A DNA stretch of 64,000 bases from Plasmodiophora brassicae (taxonomy: Eukaryota), in NCBI GenBank assembly GCA_036867785.1, contig CP145419.1:496001-560000 (forward strand). The letters are read 5' to 3'. Under the pieces are notes generated by a model, which made no database searches, was not told the DNA's origin, and saw nothing but the letters and a program-made list of their open reading frames with translations. This document shows positions 35,864 to 49,830 of this stretch, piece by piece; positions within the stretch are counted from its first letter, which is position 1, and each line of letters begins with the position of its first letter. A program made the position numbers and the translations under genes.

Positions 35864-36634
35864 TTAGCTTGCTCTGTTATCGCGCGACGCCACGTCGTCC
35901 AGCAGTGTCAGCAGCCACCGTCGCCGGATGTCGCGTTCGGATCGATGCCGAAGGCCAAAGTGCTGGATGATCATCGACCAGTTCGACCCATACCGGTCAA
36001 CGCCTTTCGCCAGGTTGTGCAGATCCGCCTCACTCCAGTCTCCGTTTCGCTCCTCACTGCAACTCGGTTCGCCGCCCGTTATTTCGTAGCCGAACGCGAT
36101 GCTGACGCCCCGCTGCCATTTCTGCACATCGGCGACAATATCGCGACGCGCACGCGGCGCTCTACCCGGGCTCGACGTGATGCTGTTAACGCCAGGCGAC
36201 GCCTGACCCGACAGCATCTCCGCAAACACCGCCTTCGGTCTGTCATCGTCAATTGGTAGCAGCGATTCGCATCGGAACCTGCACAGAAGCAGGTTCAGCT
36301 CCCGATCGCACGCCCCGATGCCCAGTTCCTACCTCTTGAGCTTCCGCCGCTGGTCAAGCGTATCGCTGAGCAGGTCGGCAATGGCAATCGGAAGCGAGAT
36401 CGGCGGTTCAGTCAGGAACGCCCACCCGTCGAACTCTTCGAAGGCCCTGGCGCGCAGCTCGCCGGCGGTCTCCAGCGCCGCCTCCAGCAGGCTCGTCCGA
36501 GCCCGCTCGACCACGTCGTCGACATCAGCGCCCAGCGCGACGCCTGCGCCGCGCATCACCATGCCCATCAGGTCGTCGACGCTGGCGTCATCGTCGACGG
36601 CGAACTCTTCGCCGGCGGCCAGCTGCGGCTGCAT
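35864..36634 (-). CDS. Protein with a single C-terminal Myb/SANT domain; start uncertain
   Basis: WSEADLHNLAKGVDRYGSNWSMII.HFGL.HRSERDIRRRW has the three-Trp Myb pattern; one intron near 36330-36280. Confidence 0.7.
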
Positions 36635-37000
36635 CTTCGGCGCCACGCGCCAGCAGTTCTGCAATGCGGCCAAAAATGACGCCTCCCGCTGCTGCGCCGC
36701 CGGTATCGGCCGTATAGGAGGTACCTGTGTACCGCCACGGGGCACGTGGAACGATGATCCCCGTCGGCCTGCAGTTCGCCAGTGCGGCTCCGCTCCACTA
36801 GCTGGCCTGCAGTTCTCACTATGTAGGGTGACGCGTTCCATAATGAAAAACACGCAGTCATGGACACAACGCCAGTCCAGTGGCCACTCTGAGGTACAGA
36901 GGTTCGCTCGACGAAGGAGCACCATAACTTGGGCGCGATTCGATGCAGAACACAAGCCGGTATCATGTGTAATGAGGAGCACGGCTGGCAGATGCGTGAA

Positions 37001-38506
<1,506 letters not shown>

Positions 38507-38870
38507 TTATCCGCATTCATCGCTGCCAACACGGACGGTGGGGGGAACTTTCGCCCCCTCGGCGCCAACGAGGTCGCCCTTGCAAAAGTGCGACTCTGAA
38601 TGTGACGACGGCCTGGGCTGGCAGCACCGATGCGTCGTCCTGGTCGGCCCTCTGCCATCGATCGTGCCGTGTCCCACGGCTGCTGTTGAACTGTCTAGAC
38701 AAGCTACGTAGGTTTGGATATTTCGAAACGGTAGGCTTGCATTGGCCCGCGCCGTAGCGCTGGTCGGTCTCAACTCTCAATGGTACGCGCTCCCGTTTGA
38801 CCGGGGCGGGCCGTGCAACATTGCGGCGCAGAGTTCAAGGGGGGCCGTGTATGTCGATTTCCGGGCAACG

Positions 38871-40485
38871 ATGATGACGATTGTCGGCGGTCGGTTTCTG
38901 CTGCGGCGGCGATGCCGACGGTGGACGGTGGTCCCCGGGATCGCGCGGTGTCTTCATACGCCACATCACGAGCCGCCTGTCGTCAAGGAGTTCGTACAGA
39001 TCCGCGAGGATGTTCACGGCCGGACGAGGTTCTACCGACCGAGTGCCGATAAGACGTCGATCGACTGGACATGGGATACGGAAACCCAGGATATAGGGCG
39101 GGCTGGCGTCGCCTGGCGATTGCTTCCGGCACCCTTGCGCGAATGGGTTCGTACGCTGCTGTTACCTGTCGGGTACCCGTCGTCTGTCCATTCGTCGTAC
39201 GCCCGCGTGCACGTCCTTCAAGCGCTAGAGACGTACATCTGGAGCACGGTCAGCAGATCTCGTTCGCCGGCGATTGCTAGGGATTGACATTCCTCCTAGG
39301 TATCCGTGCTGTGCAGTCAGACAATGTTGGAGTCGCTGGGGGTGGCATCGTCTGCCGTTGCGACTGGCGGCGGCGCCGTCGCCATCCAATGGGTCCTGAA
39401 GGACGGGATCGGCGAGATCGGCAAACTCTTCCTGATACAACGGTTCGCGCGGTCGTTCGATTCGCATCCGAAAACCTGGAAGATGGTTGGCGAGGTTGCC
39501 AGCGTCGTTGGCGCCACGCTTCAACTGTCCACTGTCCTGTTCCCTGGCAGTTGGTTCCTGGGACTCGCCTCCATTGGTTACATGCTCAGAGCCATCCAGT
39601 AAGTCGATCAGCCTCGTGCGCATGGCCTTCAGCTTAGTTGTCGTTGTCGTGTAGTTTCTCGATTTACAACGCGACGCATATGACGTTCACGAGGTCGTTT
39701 GCCCAACAAGGGAACGTTGGCGACCTGGTCGCCAAGGATGACTCCCAGATGACAGTCGCCCATTTGGTGGGGATCTGCACCGGTGTCGGCCTGTTGACCA
39801 TCTCCCATTCTCACATGTTCCTCTTCGGGACGTTCTTTCTGCTGGTTCCCGTCCATGTCGCCGCTACAGTGGCCCTTCTGCGAGCCGCCAAATTCGAGGA
39901 ACTCAGCGCGAACCGAGTCATCGTGCTGGCCTCCCAGTTCGTTCGCATATGCGATGCGCCTGGCGATCAGCCCATTTGGGGCCTTGATGATGTCGAGGAA
40001 CGGATGGTTGGTTTCGGCGAGTGGATCAAACCAGGGTTCGACGCGCCACATGCCGATCTCGGCGTCCCCATCGCCCACAGTTTCCAGTCGACCAAATGCC
40101 TGGAAACGGCCATCAATGTGTTCAAGGTTGTACCTGTACGCAGCGTAGCGGTACTGGTTATTGACATCCTTTCGTGCAGGAAGAGAACTACATGATCGGA
40201 TACAATGCTTGGAAGTCGAGATTCGGCATCGTATATAGGCAGGCAGCAACGCACCTTGATATCGCCAAGTCGTTGTTGCATTTGACCAGGTTCGCGTTCG
40301 AGCTTCAGTCATCGTCCAAGGCGGTTGGCCCGGATCCCGTCCTGACGCACCAGGTCGAAATGCTCAGCGCCCTGGAGTGGACACGCCGGCTGTTCCCCAA
40401 GTTCATGGTCGAACTGGACACGAGGGGCTGGGACATCGACAACGTTTTCTGGGAAGACAACGGGTGTCGAGCCGAATGGAAATGA
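38871..40485 (+). CDS. RUS1: RUS1 / DUF647 (root UVB sensitive, C16orf58) family protein, multi-exon
   Basis: LLPVGYPSSVHSSY, QTMLESLGV, AVAIQWVLKDGIGEIGK, FDSHPKTW, SFAQQGNVGDLVAK, FPKFMVELDTRGWD. Confidence 0.9.
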
Positions 40486-40509
40486 AACGATCGATATAAC
40501 TACAGAAAA

Positions 40510-41307
40510 TCAAGGTTCATTGTCTGCCCACCTGCAGTTGACGATGTGCGACTTGAGCGCCGGGATCGTCTTTAATGACTGACGGCACTTGTGGCACGCC
40601 AACGGCCGCTTTAGGACCTCTTCGTAGCGGTTCCGATCAATCTGTGCACGACGTTCACGAGGACTGATGATTCGGACCGGTGATTGACTGATTGGCCACA
40701 CCTGCACCGAACCGTGTTCTTCGATTTGCGACACGACAAACTCAGGGGGCAGGAAGAATTCGGTCGTGAACGAGTTCCAGTGCTTCTTGTTCTTCAGCGC
40801 CTCGGAGTCCATGTCACAACTCTACGAAGAGGTTGAGGACAGATCCGTCATAGATCTCGTGGAACCGCACCGACAATCAAATGCATATGCAGACGATCCA
40901 GACTCGGCACAGCATGAAATCCCATCTTGTACCCTTCTGGAAACATGCCCGCATTGGATAACCTACCAGCCATCAATCGGCACGATCGTGCGCAGGCGGC
41001 GACAGACGACTCACAGTTCAGCAGCCCGTTTGCCACTGTTAATCATGGCACGTACGAGCCCAAGGTGCTCACGCCGCAGAACGGAGATGCTGGAAATATT
41101 CGCCCGGGGCAGGACCAGTAAATGCACGCGCGCTTTCGGATACCGATCATAGATCGTGACCGTGTCGTCATCGTCGGCGAACACGACGAACGGGAACCTG
41201 GCCGCATTGTTCACCAGAGCACTCAACACGCCTTTCCATGGCCCAAGCGCCGGGATCGATGCCCATTGGACCGCCGTTGGCGGCCGGTAGATCGACGACC
41301 CAGTCAT
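40510..41307 (-). CDS. APTX: Aprataxin / Hnt3 (HIT domain + zinc finger), multi-exon
   Basis: IYDRYPKARVHLLVLPR, GFHAVPSLDRLHMHLI (HIT motif), DSEALKNKKHWNSFTTEFF, LACHKC..LKTIPALKSHI. Confidence 0.93.
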
Positions 41308-41469
41308 CCCTCCTCAGACACGCGTCCGTCTGTGCAGACAAGTGCGCGGCAGCGGGCAGGCCGACCAGGACCCAGTGAGGCGTTCTACGTCCATACGGCG
41401 GGGTGTGCTGTCGGAAACCCCATAAGGCATAACACAATGCCCTAACGGGTCCGGACATTCCTTAAAGCG

Positions 41470-42126
41470 TTACTGCACCTGCGATGATGGGCAATGAGAC
41501 CACCTGCGAACTTTAAGAGTGTCGCAACTGTGTTCCTGGTGGCGCTTTAGACTTGTGTGGGATACCTCCGTGCCACAATGGTCACACGTAACTTTTGAGC
41601 CCTGTGGCGGCACCAAGCTGGGTGTTGTCAGCCCAGCAGCAAAGTTAGACGTTCCATGCTGATGTTGGTCGTCGGATATCCCCTTCGGCCTAGTTAAGTC
41701 AAGCATGTAGCTGAGGTCGTCCGCCGATGCCCGGGTTGACGTGCCGTTCGACTGCACAAATAGTAACGTATCAACGTCGGGGTTAAGCATACTGCCTTCG
41801 CCGTTAGAGGTACCGGTCAACCCGGCTTCCTGTTCATCAACAATCCCCTGCCCGTGACCTCCTCTGCTCGACCCTGTTGTTGACATCGCCATTCGCCACA
41901 TCGTCGTCAGCGTCGCGCAGGTGTCAGCGACCATGACTGGAGCGTTGGTGTGGTAGGGCACCTTGTTTGACGTCATCTCATCGTCCAGGTATCGATAATC
42001 GTCTTCGTACGCATCCAGGTCAAAGTAGGTCTCGACTGCGTCGCGGTTGACGTCGTCATCGGCGCCGAGAGCGCAGCGGCGGGCTAGGGTCGCGAAGAGC
42101 AATGCGCAGGATTTCCAAAGCGCCAT
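41470..42126 (-). CDS. Hypothetical protein with a signal-peptide-like N-terminus, acidic region and C-terminal zinc finger
   Basis: MALWKSCALLFATLARRCALG-ADDD; CDHCGTEVSHTSLKRHQEHSC. One or more introns may be present and the 3' end is uncertain. Confidence 0.5.
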   Translation of the reverse strand: MALWKSCALLFATLARRCALGADDDVNRDAVETYFDLDAYEDDYRYLDDEMTSNKVPYHTNAPVMVADTCATLTTMWRMAMSTTGSSRGGHGQGIVDEQEAGLTGTSNGEGSMLNPDVDTLLFVQSNGTSTRASADDLSYMLDLTRPKGISDDQHQHGTSNFAAGLTTPSLVPPQGSKVTCDHCGTEVSHTSLKRHQEHSCDTLKVRRWSHCPSSQVQ

Positions 42127-42645
42127 TGTCGACGTCGTTCGCGGATCATGCACCGGCAGCAGCTCGCAGAATGAGCCCGGTGCCAGGGCCGGGGCCGCAG
42201 TTTCCACTTCCAGGGCCCGGGGCCCTGGGCGCGCCCGCGCAGTCCTCGGAATGAGTTGACGTTCTCGACGTAACGGACCGGTCAGGTTTCTCCTGAGTAT
42301 CCCCAATATTGATTTCGATGCCAGGCACCGTCGTCGCTCACTCGGCGTCAGCATACGTTAGGCCATGCGACGACGCCCAGGGGCCAGCCCGGCCTCCCAA
42401 TGCCCGCGCTTGAGGATCATATTTGCGTTCCCGCTGATCAGCGCTCAGCTCTCGAACAGCAGTCCAATCGGTTACCGCTGCGTGCCCTCGTGGGGACCAG
42501 TTTTACTCACCTCAATCCAGCTGAGTATGGGGTGACCCTTCCTTCCAACGCATGACATCACTGGCTACATCTCAATGACCTCTCAGTTGACACTGGCACG
42601 ACTACTAGCGAGTCACGAGACCGGCTTCAGTCTTCAGGTGCGATC

Positions 42646-43179
42646 ATGTCGGTGTACGTGCTGGAACTGGAACATGGTATGTATTACGTCGGATACACTG
42701 CGCGAAGCGTTCAGGAACGATTCGAGGAGCACTGCGCCGGCATGGGAGCAGTCTGGACCGAGATACACCGTCCAGTAAGGATCATCTGGTCTGGGCCCGG
42801 CAACCTCGAGGACGAGCGAAGAATCACGCTGGAGACAATGGGGACGTACGGATGGCAGAACGTTCGCGGTGGTCCCTGGACGCAAACTCATCTCGATTAT
42901 CCACCTCGAGAACTGAGCAACGTCGATGATTCGCAGTCGTCAAGTCCCGGTGAGGACGACGCGTGCTTTCGTTGCGGGAGACACGGGCACTGGGTGGCGA
43001 ATTGCTACGCAGCGACCCATGTGGACGGGTACTATTTCGGTAATGGCGCCGGGACCTCCGTTCGATGCTACCGCTGTGGTCGGTTTGGACATTATGCCAA
43101 CCGGTGCTTTGCGACGACCGATGCCCAAGGGTACGATCTAAGCGACGATGAGTCTTACGAATCAGACTCGTCATACTGA
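42646..43179 (+). CDS. GIY-YIG endonuclease domain + two CCHC zinc knuckles, intronless
   Basis: VYVLELE.GMYYVGYT..VQERFEEH..G.GAVWT..HRP...E...T...M..YG..NVRGG; CFRCGRHGHWVANC and CYRCGRFGHYANRC. Confidence 0.88.
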   Translation: MSVYVLELEHGMYYVGYTARSVQERFEEHCAGMGAVWTEIHRPVRIIWSGPGNLEDERRITLETMGTYGWQNVRGGPWTQTHLDYPPRELSNVDDSQSSSPGEDDACFRCGRHGHWVANCYAATHVDGYYFGNGAGTSVRCYRCGRFGHYANRCFATTDAQGYDLSDDESYESDSSY

Positions 43180-43252
43180 TGATGCTGGGTGTACAATCTG
43201 GCGCTTACAACGTTCATGCCGGCGTTAACGAACTTTCATGGTACGGTTCTAT

Positions 43253-44902
43253 TCATGACCATATCAGTTTGCGTTTCGTCCAGGTCGTTGATGCATTCTC
43301 AATCAACTCGGATATCGGCAGTCGACGTTGTGCCATAGTGTCGCGGCAGCGTAGCGTGATCGTGTCGTCGCTGACCGTATGATCGTCGATCGTGACGCAG
43401 ACGGGCGTGCCGATCTCATCGTGGCGGCGGTACCGTTTGCCGACAGAACCGGTCGCGTCGAAATCGGCACGGCATCCGCGTTCGAGAAGCGCTTCGAACA
43501 GCTTGTGCCCACGCTGTACCAGTTCCGGGTTGTTACCGACGATCGGCAGCACGGCCATCTCGTAAGGCGCCATCCGCGGGTCCAGTCGCAGGACGATACG
43601 CTTCTTGCCACCGCGTAGGTACTCCTCTTGGAATGCGTCCGTCAGCACCGCCAGGAACAGTCGATCGACACCGAGCGCAGGTTCGATGACGTACGGGACG
43701 AAAGGCTTGCTGCTGCCGGGCGTCGGATCCGCGAACACCATCGACTGGCCTGACGCCCGCTCATGCATACGAAGATCGTAATCCCCGCGATTCGACACGC
43801 CGATCAGCTCGCCCCATCCCTCGTCTGCTGTGGAAAACCCATACATAAACTCGATGTCTATGCAGGTACGTCAGAGCAGGCGAGGTAAAATGCCGGGTGG
43901 CCGACCGACCTGTTGTGGCGTGGGCGTAATGGGCCAGCTGCTCATGGCGTCGTAGTCGAAGCGATTCCTTGCGAAGGCCGACGGTGTTGACGAGCCAGTC
44001 CAGGCAGTTTTCGGTCCACGTCTCGAACCAGGTCGGTGCCGAGTTCGGACTGCAGAACCATTGCAATTCGGCTTGCTCGAATTCCTTCCTGCGGAACACG
44101 CTGGGGCCATGCGCGATCTCGTTGCGGAACGACGTGCCGATCTGCCCAACGCCCATGGGCAACTTGACGCGCTGCGTTCGCAGGACATGGTGGAAGTTGA
44201 CGTAAACGCCTTGCGCCGTCTCCGGCCTCAGATACACGACCTCGCTGTCATCGTCCCCGCTGGAACACGACACCTTTGTCGTGAACAGCATGTTGAACTG
44301 GCGCGGCGCCGTCAGCTGCCCACTGCAGAGCGGGCAGGTGACCGACAATCCAGTGAGCGCGTTGCTGTACTGCTGCAAGGTGATCGTGGTCGTCCCATCG
44401 GGTCGCACTGGTGCGATCCAGCCGGCGGAGTCCAGCAGGTGATCGACTCGAAACCGATGACGACAGGACAGGCAGGACGTCAGCGGATCCGTGAAATTGT
44501 CGACATGGCCGGCAACCTCCCAGACTGTGCACAACACGTTGTTCGGTGAGGAGGCGATTGCGAGCGGATCGGGCTGTTCAGCGTACCACGCCGGTTCATG
44601 AGGATCGACGATTCAATGCCAACGCATTCCGGACGGCGGTCGACGAAGTACTGCCACCACTCCCGTCGAATGTTGCGCTTGATGGCGGTGCCAAGCGGCC
44701 CGTAATCGTAGGAACTCGCCAGGCCGCCGTAGATCTCCGACCCCTTCGCAATGTCATTGCGTCAGCAAGGGCCATCCGCATTGTGAGGCCATCGTACTGG
44801 AAACAGGAACCCGCGGCGACGGCACAGGTCGAGGACCTGTTCGTGCACGACCCGCAAGCACGACGATGCCGCCGTCGCCGCTGATGCGGATGGCGACGCC
44901 AT
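43253..44902 (-). CDS. GARS: Glycyl-tRNA synthetase (alpha2 type, short bacterial-like form, probably organellar), multi-exon; start approximate
   Basis: LCRRRGFLFP, EIYGGLASSYDYGPLG, GHVDNFTDPL, RQFNMLF, YLRPETAQG, GQIGTSFRNEI, EFEQAELQWF, GELIGVSNRGDYDL, PYVIEPALGVDR, GKRYRRHDEIGTP. Confidence 0.93.
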
Positions 44903-45463
44903 TACCGCGACGGGGTTTGCGGCTTCGGGTTGGTAATCCGGGTGCACCGTCGCCCGTCTTCAGCGCCTTCTCGGCCCTCGACGTGTCCACAGAGCGTCGT
45001 CACCTACGAAGCAATGCCCATATTGGTGCGACAGGTGCGAAGGGGGCACACTGCGTATACGCCCTGCGTTACTACCATGGCGGTCCCCGTCTCGACGGCG
45101 AACCGTTTGTTTCGTTCCAAACAGCCTCTGGGATCGTGGCAGACCCGCTATGAAACCACAAATCTTCAGAAGTCCTGGTTTCATAGCGGATCTGCCGCGA
45201 CCACGCAATTAAGCTCAGGGCAGGGTTTACGTTCGCCGGTGAGCCCATCTTCATAAAACGCTGGGCACAGAGCGCATTCTCGCCCCTTCCATGCTGGACC
45301 CGGGTCCGAGTCACGTTCGACGAGACAGCGAGCGGGACCGATCATTCGTTCGAGGCCGAGACAAAAAATGCAGCCGTTTTCCCGTCAAGTCAGGTTGGCA
45401 GTTGGCACTGGATCCGCGCGCTCTCGACGAACGGGAAAGCTGCATTTTGGTTGGGTAGTAGTC

Positions 45464-47226
45464 ATGTCGGGGGAAACGGCGACGGCGGCCGCTGATGCGA
45501 AAGTGGAAGTGATGGATGAGGAGGTGACGACGGGCAGTGCGGGCGCCGACCGGGGCGAGAAGCTGCTGCCCGTTGTGGATATCGATGTGTGCCTGCGCGG
45601 TGACTGCGTTTGCGACCCCGGGGCCGTCGAGGCGCGCGTCTACGCGTTCGTTCGCGATACGACAGCGTTCTTTTCGACGGGACCGCTGGATCTGTCTCAT
45701 GACGACCCTCTCAACAGTTTCGTCGAAAGAGCACACGTGTACGATCGTGTACTGGAAAACGTTAACGACGGTCTCTAATATGTGCCCCAGGTATGTCCCT
45801 GGAGATACCATGTGTGTCCCGTTCTGGAGCGCCGAAGTCGACATCCAGTACGCGAAAACCTTATTCACGCCTGCGAACCCTTGTTTAACTGTCATCCAGT
45901 GTCTTTCAGTTGTCTCGAGATCAGGCTGCAGAGGAGATGGCAGACAACGATGACGATGTCGTTGCTTGCCAGATATACACGATGCCATCGGTACTTTCGG
46001 CTGATGCATATCCTTGCAAGCGTGCCATAACCTGTGGGCATAGGCAGAATATGATGGCGTTTGGGAAAGGTTCGCCATGACAACTGTTGTCCTGCTGGCC
46101 CTGTTTTTAATCGTTCCGCAATTTGCAGTCTTACCTTCGAAGAAGACATCAAGAGGAAGCTCCTGGGCTACGCTTCCACAGCGATGCAGTTCTCTGACCT
46201 AAATGTGAACCCAAGGATAATTGGTTGGAACCGAATGGTTCTGCTTCATGGCCCTCCAGGTACTGCTATCACTTCTTTTAATCACCTGTCCTGATGCGCA
46301 ATTGTATGCTAGGCAGCGGTAAAACTTCGCTGTGCACAGGTATGAACTGTATCGCATCAGTACTCTACTGTTAACGTTTCCACGCATGGACAACTCAGGG
46401 CTGGCACAACTGCTGTCAATACGGCTCTCTAGGCGTTACCCACACTGCCAGTTAGTGAGCATCAACGCACACAGCCTGTTCTCGAAGTGGTTTAGTGAGA
46501 GTGGGAAGCTTGTCCTTAAGTTGTTCCAGAGGCATGGCTCGATCGTGATTCTGGTATTGCATTCGCTAACGTGCGCAACAGAATTCAGGATTTGGTGTCG
46601 GATGAAACGTCGCTAGTCGTCTTGCTGATCGACGAAGTTGAAAGTCTGGCGGGTGCTCGCCAGGCCGCTCTCTCCGGATCTGAACCATCTGATTCGATTC
46701 GTGTCGTGAACGCGCTTCTCACCCAATTAGACCAGCTCAAGCACAAGCGTAATGTCCTGATATGCTGCACGTCGAACCTCTCTCAAGCAATTGGTCTGCT
46801 ATTGACGTCAGTTCTTTGCTGGATACTGACTTATCGGGCAGACCTGGCGTTTCTTGATCGCGCTGACATGCGCCTGTTTATCGGGCCACCAGGCGCCAAC
46901 GCAAGGCTTGAGATACTTCGTTCGTGCCTTGCAGAACTGATTCGGACTGGGATTGTCAAGGAAGATGCGGAACGGTCAGGCTCGGTGCCTGACGATGGAG
47001 ATGCACTAAAGCAGCTTGCCTTGGATCTGGAGGGCATCAGTGGACGCTCGCTCAGGAGATTGCCGTTCCAAGCCCAGTCTTTGTATGTAAATGTATGTGA
47101 GAAGCAGTTGAAACTGTGTTGGTTTTGGCTGACCGGTAAACGCAGAAGCTTGGGGCAACCGCATCTGAATTCATTTCGGCAATGTCTCGTGCATATCGGG
47201 AGCTTCGTGCCCATGCTGAAATGTGA
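45464..47226 (+). CDS. PCH2: Pachytene checkpoint AAA+ ATPase PCH2/TRIP13, multi-exon
   Basis: [91 protein letters not shown]. Confidence 0.95.
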
Positions 47227-47336
47227 GCACCGTTTCTACCATGTCCTATGTCTTATGCCATGTTGTAGAATAAAAAAAAAACATCAATTGCCCTGTGCAC
47301 TGTCCATTGAATGAAGCTTTACTTTGGACAAGCTGT

Positions 47337-48540
47337 TCAATCGACCCTCTTGCGCCTAGCGGCCGCTCCTCGTGTCGACGAAGCAATTGACTCCCTGGGC
47401 GGTTCTGAAGGTTCCAGGCTGGCGTACTTTTGAAGTTTCGACCGGCACAACGTGGGCAGCAACGCAAGCCCTGCCAAGACGGCGAGCTGGAGAACGTTTC
47501 GCATATCAAACACTTCGTTGAGATCGTTCAGGTTGCCCAGGACACCGCCGGCCTTGGCCGTTATGAAGTTGTAAGGCATTAGGCCAACGAGGACCGATAT
47601 AATGAAATGAAAGAACGGAATCCCTACAATCGGAGACACCCTAAACAAAGCCAAATTAAGTTATAAAACACAAAGCAATTGGAAGAGGCACAACCAACAG
47701 GTTGAGCAGAAAGTTTGGCGTCAGGGGGAAGAAGCGAAGCGCGATCAAATAGAAAAGCCTGAACAGAGGAAGACATGGTTAGGCCATCCTTGTAGATATG
47801 GTAGACCTACATACAGGTTGGAACGGTGTGAGCGTATGGCACTGCGGACCCGTTCAACACGGTCTCCAAAGAGCCTCAACGCAAGGCGTCTTCCAAAGTT
47901 GTGGGAAAGCGCATAGCAGATTGAGGTCCCGCAAGCTGTACGTGGGTCAGCAAGGAATATCACCCGAACCGAACGCACCGACCTGTAAGGAAGCAGATGA
48001 ACGCGAACCCCCGTGCAACCCCAAACATGGCGCCAGCGAAGACATTCCTGCACATTATTCAGTTTCGACGCTGGACGCCGATCTATGAACCAGTCGTACA
48101 GAAGGACGGAGCCTGGAATCTACAGACGAGGTACCGTTAGAGAAGCAGTATGTACCTGAAGGTACCTCTTTGAAACCTACTGAGAATCCTTGTTTGAAGA
48201 CGTAGATGGAAGAGAACGCCAAAGTAATCCAAAGCCACAGGTTCGATCTGGCATCCTCGGGTGCAGACGCCAGCGCGCGCTTCAACGCCGCATGCAGTTG
48301 CTGCGCCTGCGCAATATCGGCCTGTACATCGGGCGCATTAGCACCGGGCCGCCCCCGAGGCGCGCACGCACCTACAGGGACGCGCAAATCGCCAACGTCA
48401 TCCTGCATCACGACCACGAGCGCCGACGCCGCCTTCGTGGCGCACGCGACCACAACCGCCAGGCAGAGCGAGGCACACACCAGGATCGCGCATATATCCA
48501 GCCCTATCACCCGTTTGCGGGCTTTCGGTGACGGCGCCAT
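47337..48540 (-). CDS. TMEM41B: TMEM41/VMP1/DedA (VTT domain) membrane protein, multi-exon
   Basis: YVFKQGFS, CGTSICYALS..FGRRL, LRFFPLTPNFLLNL, SPIVGIPFFHF..SVLVGLMPYNFITAKAG. Confidence 0.85.
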
Positions 48541-48855
48541 GGCCACACCCTGTCAGCCTGCCTGCCTGGTCTTTCGGAACTCGCCGTCGATGTCGGATCC
48601 TGGATCCGCAAAAAAACAAATTGCTGTGTCCATCTGGATGTTTTGCCGTGTGTGTAACGAGACGCTTCACTAATACTGCGGGCAGTGTTTGATTCGCCTG
48701 GCAGCACTGTTGCCGCGTGAGCAGTGCGTGTCACGTTCCCAGCGGGTTCACGACTTCAGAGACGCATGTGATGTCAAGTGTGCCTCTGGGCATGCAGTCA
48801 CAGTCGCTGGCTGCTGTCTCCTGGGGGGACGCCGAAACCGGCCCTATCTGCCCGA

Positions 48856-49830
48856 ATGGCGTTCGTCAAGATGACGAAGGCGGCCGACAGGCCCGCGACC
48901 GGGCCTGGATTCATTGAGGAAGGCGCAGCTGGCCTTGGCGTCCTCGCTAACGCCAGCCTGTTTGTGGCAACGTCCGCTGCGTGCAAACCGCTTGCCCATG
49001 TACCGGGGAAGCGGTCACCAATGAACGAGCCGGTGCCCGGCGAGGCATCGTCTGCGGCATCCCAAGGCCGTTCCTGTGATCACAGCGCCAGCGCTAGTGA
49101 CACTGAAGAAGGCGAAACATCGTCATCGTCAGCGCGGGCGCCACTGACCATACCGGCCTCGATGGGCGTTGGCATTGCCGCCATGGAGCAGGCCATGACA
49201 ACGTCGCTGGCACAGGCTCAGCAGGAAGGCGACGCAGCACCAACGAGCCGCAGCTTACTGTCGTGCAACCTGTGTCCGTTCACAGGCGACTCTCACGGGA
49301 AGGTCGTCGAGCATATGATCATGGAGCACAGGATGACGGTCATGAGAGCCATGCACGAACTGGACATGGCCGGTATGCGCCATAGGCACATGTCGCTGTA
49401 CGGGCCATCCCAGCCGTCACCCGACCCGTTTACCATCCTGCCGCCGATGGCAATCGAAGCGGTCGAGAAGATCGCGGCCATGCAGGTGGACTCCGAGGTG
49501 GCGCGGCAGCTATCGCCAGTAATCGACAAGATCCTGGCCGATGGACCAGCAGTCTGGATCATGGCCTACCAGGTCGACGCCAAACGACAGGCGGAGGTCG
49601 TCCTGGGCCTCGAACAGAAACGGCAGAGGCGCGAGGCGCAAAGCCCACTCGACTACCCACTCTGCCCAAAGACGTCCAGAATCGTGCCAGCAAGGATCGG
49701 ACCCGGATTCGACCAACAGCAGACTGGAACACACGCTGAGGGCGTCATCGTCCCCATCGCCTTGTCGCTCAAGAAGCAATACGATGCGATCAGGTCAGCT
49801 GCCCCTGTTCCCGCACATCCAGTCGTGTGA
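48856..49830 (+). CDS. Hypothetical intronless protein with one C2H2-type zinc finger
   Basis: CNLCPFTGDSHGKVVEHMIMEH; the rest is unrecognised. Confidence 0.5.
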   Translation: MAFVKMTKAADRPATGPGFIEEGAAGLGVLANASLFVATSAACKPLAHVPGKRSPMNEPVPGEASSAASQGRSCDHSASASDTEEGETSSSSARAPLTIPASMGVGIAAMEQAMTTSLAQAQQEGDAAPTSRSLLSCNLCPFTGDSHGKVVEHMIMEHRMTVMRAMHELDMAGMRHRHMSLYGPSQPSPDPFTILPPMAIEAVEKIAAMQVDSEVARQLSPVIDKILADGPAVWIMAYQVDAKRQAEVVLGLEQKRQRREAQSPLDYPLCPKTSRIVPARIGPGFDQQQTGTHAEGVIVPIALSLKKQYDAIRSAAPVPAHPVV

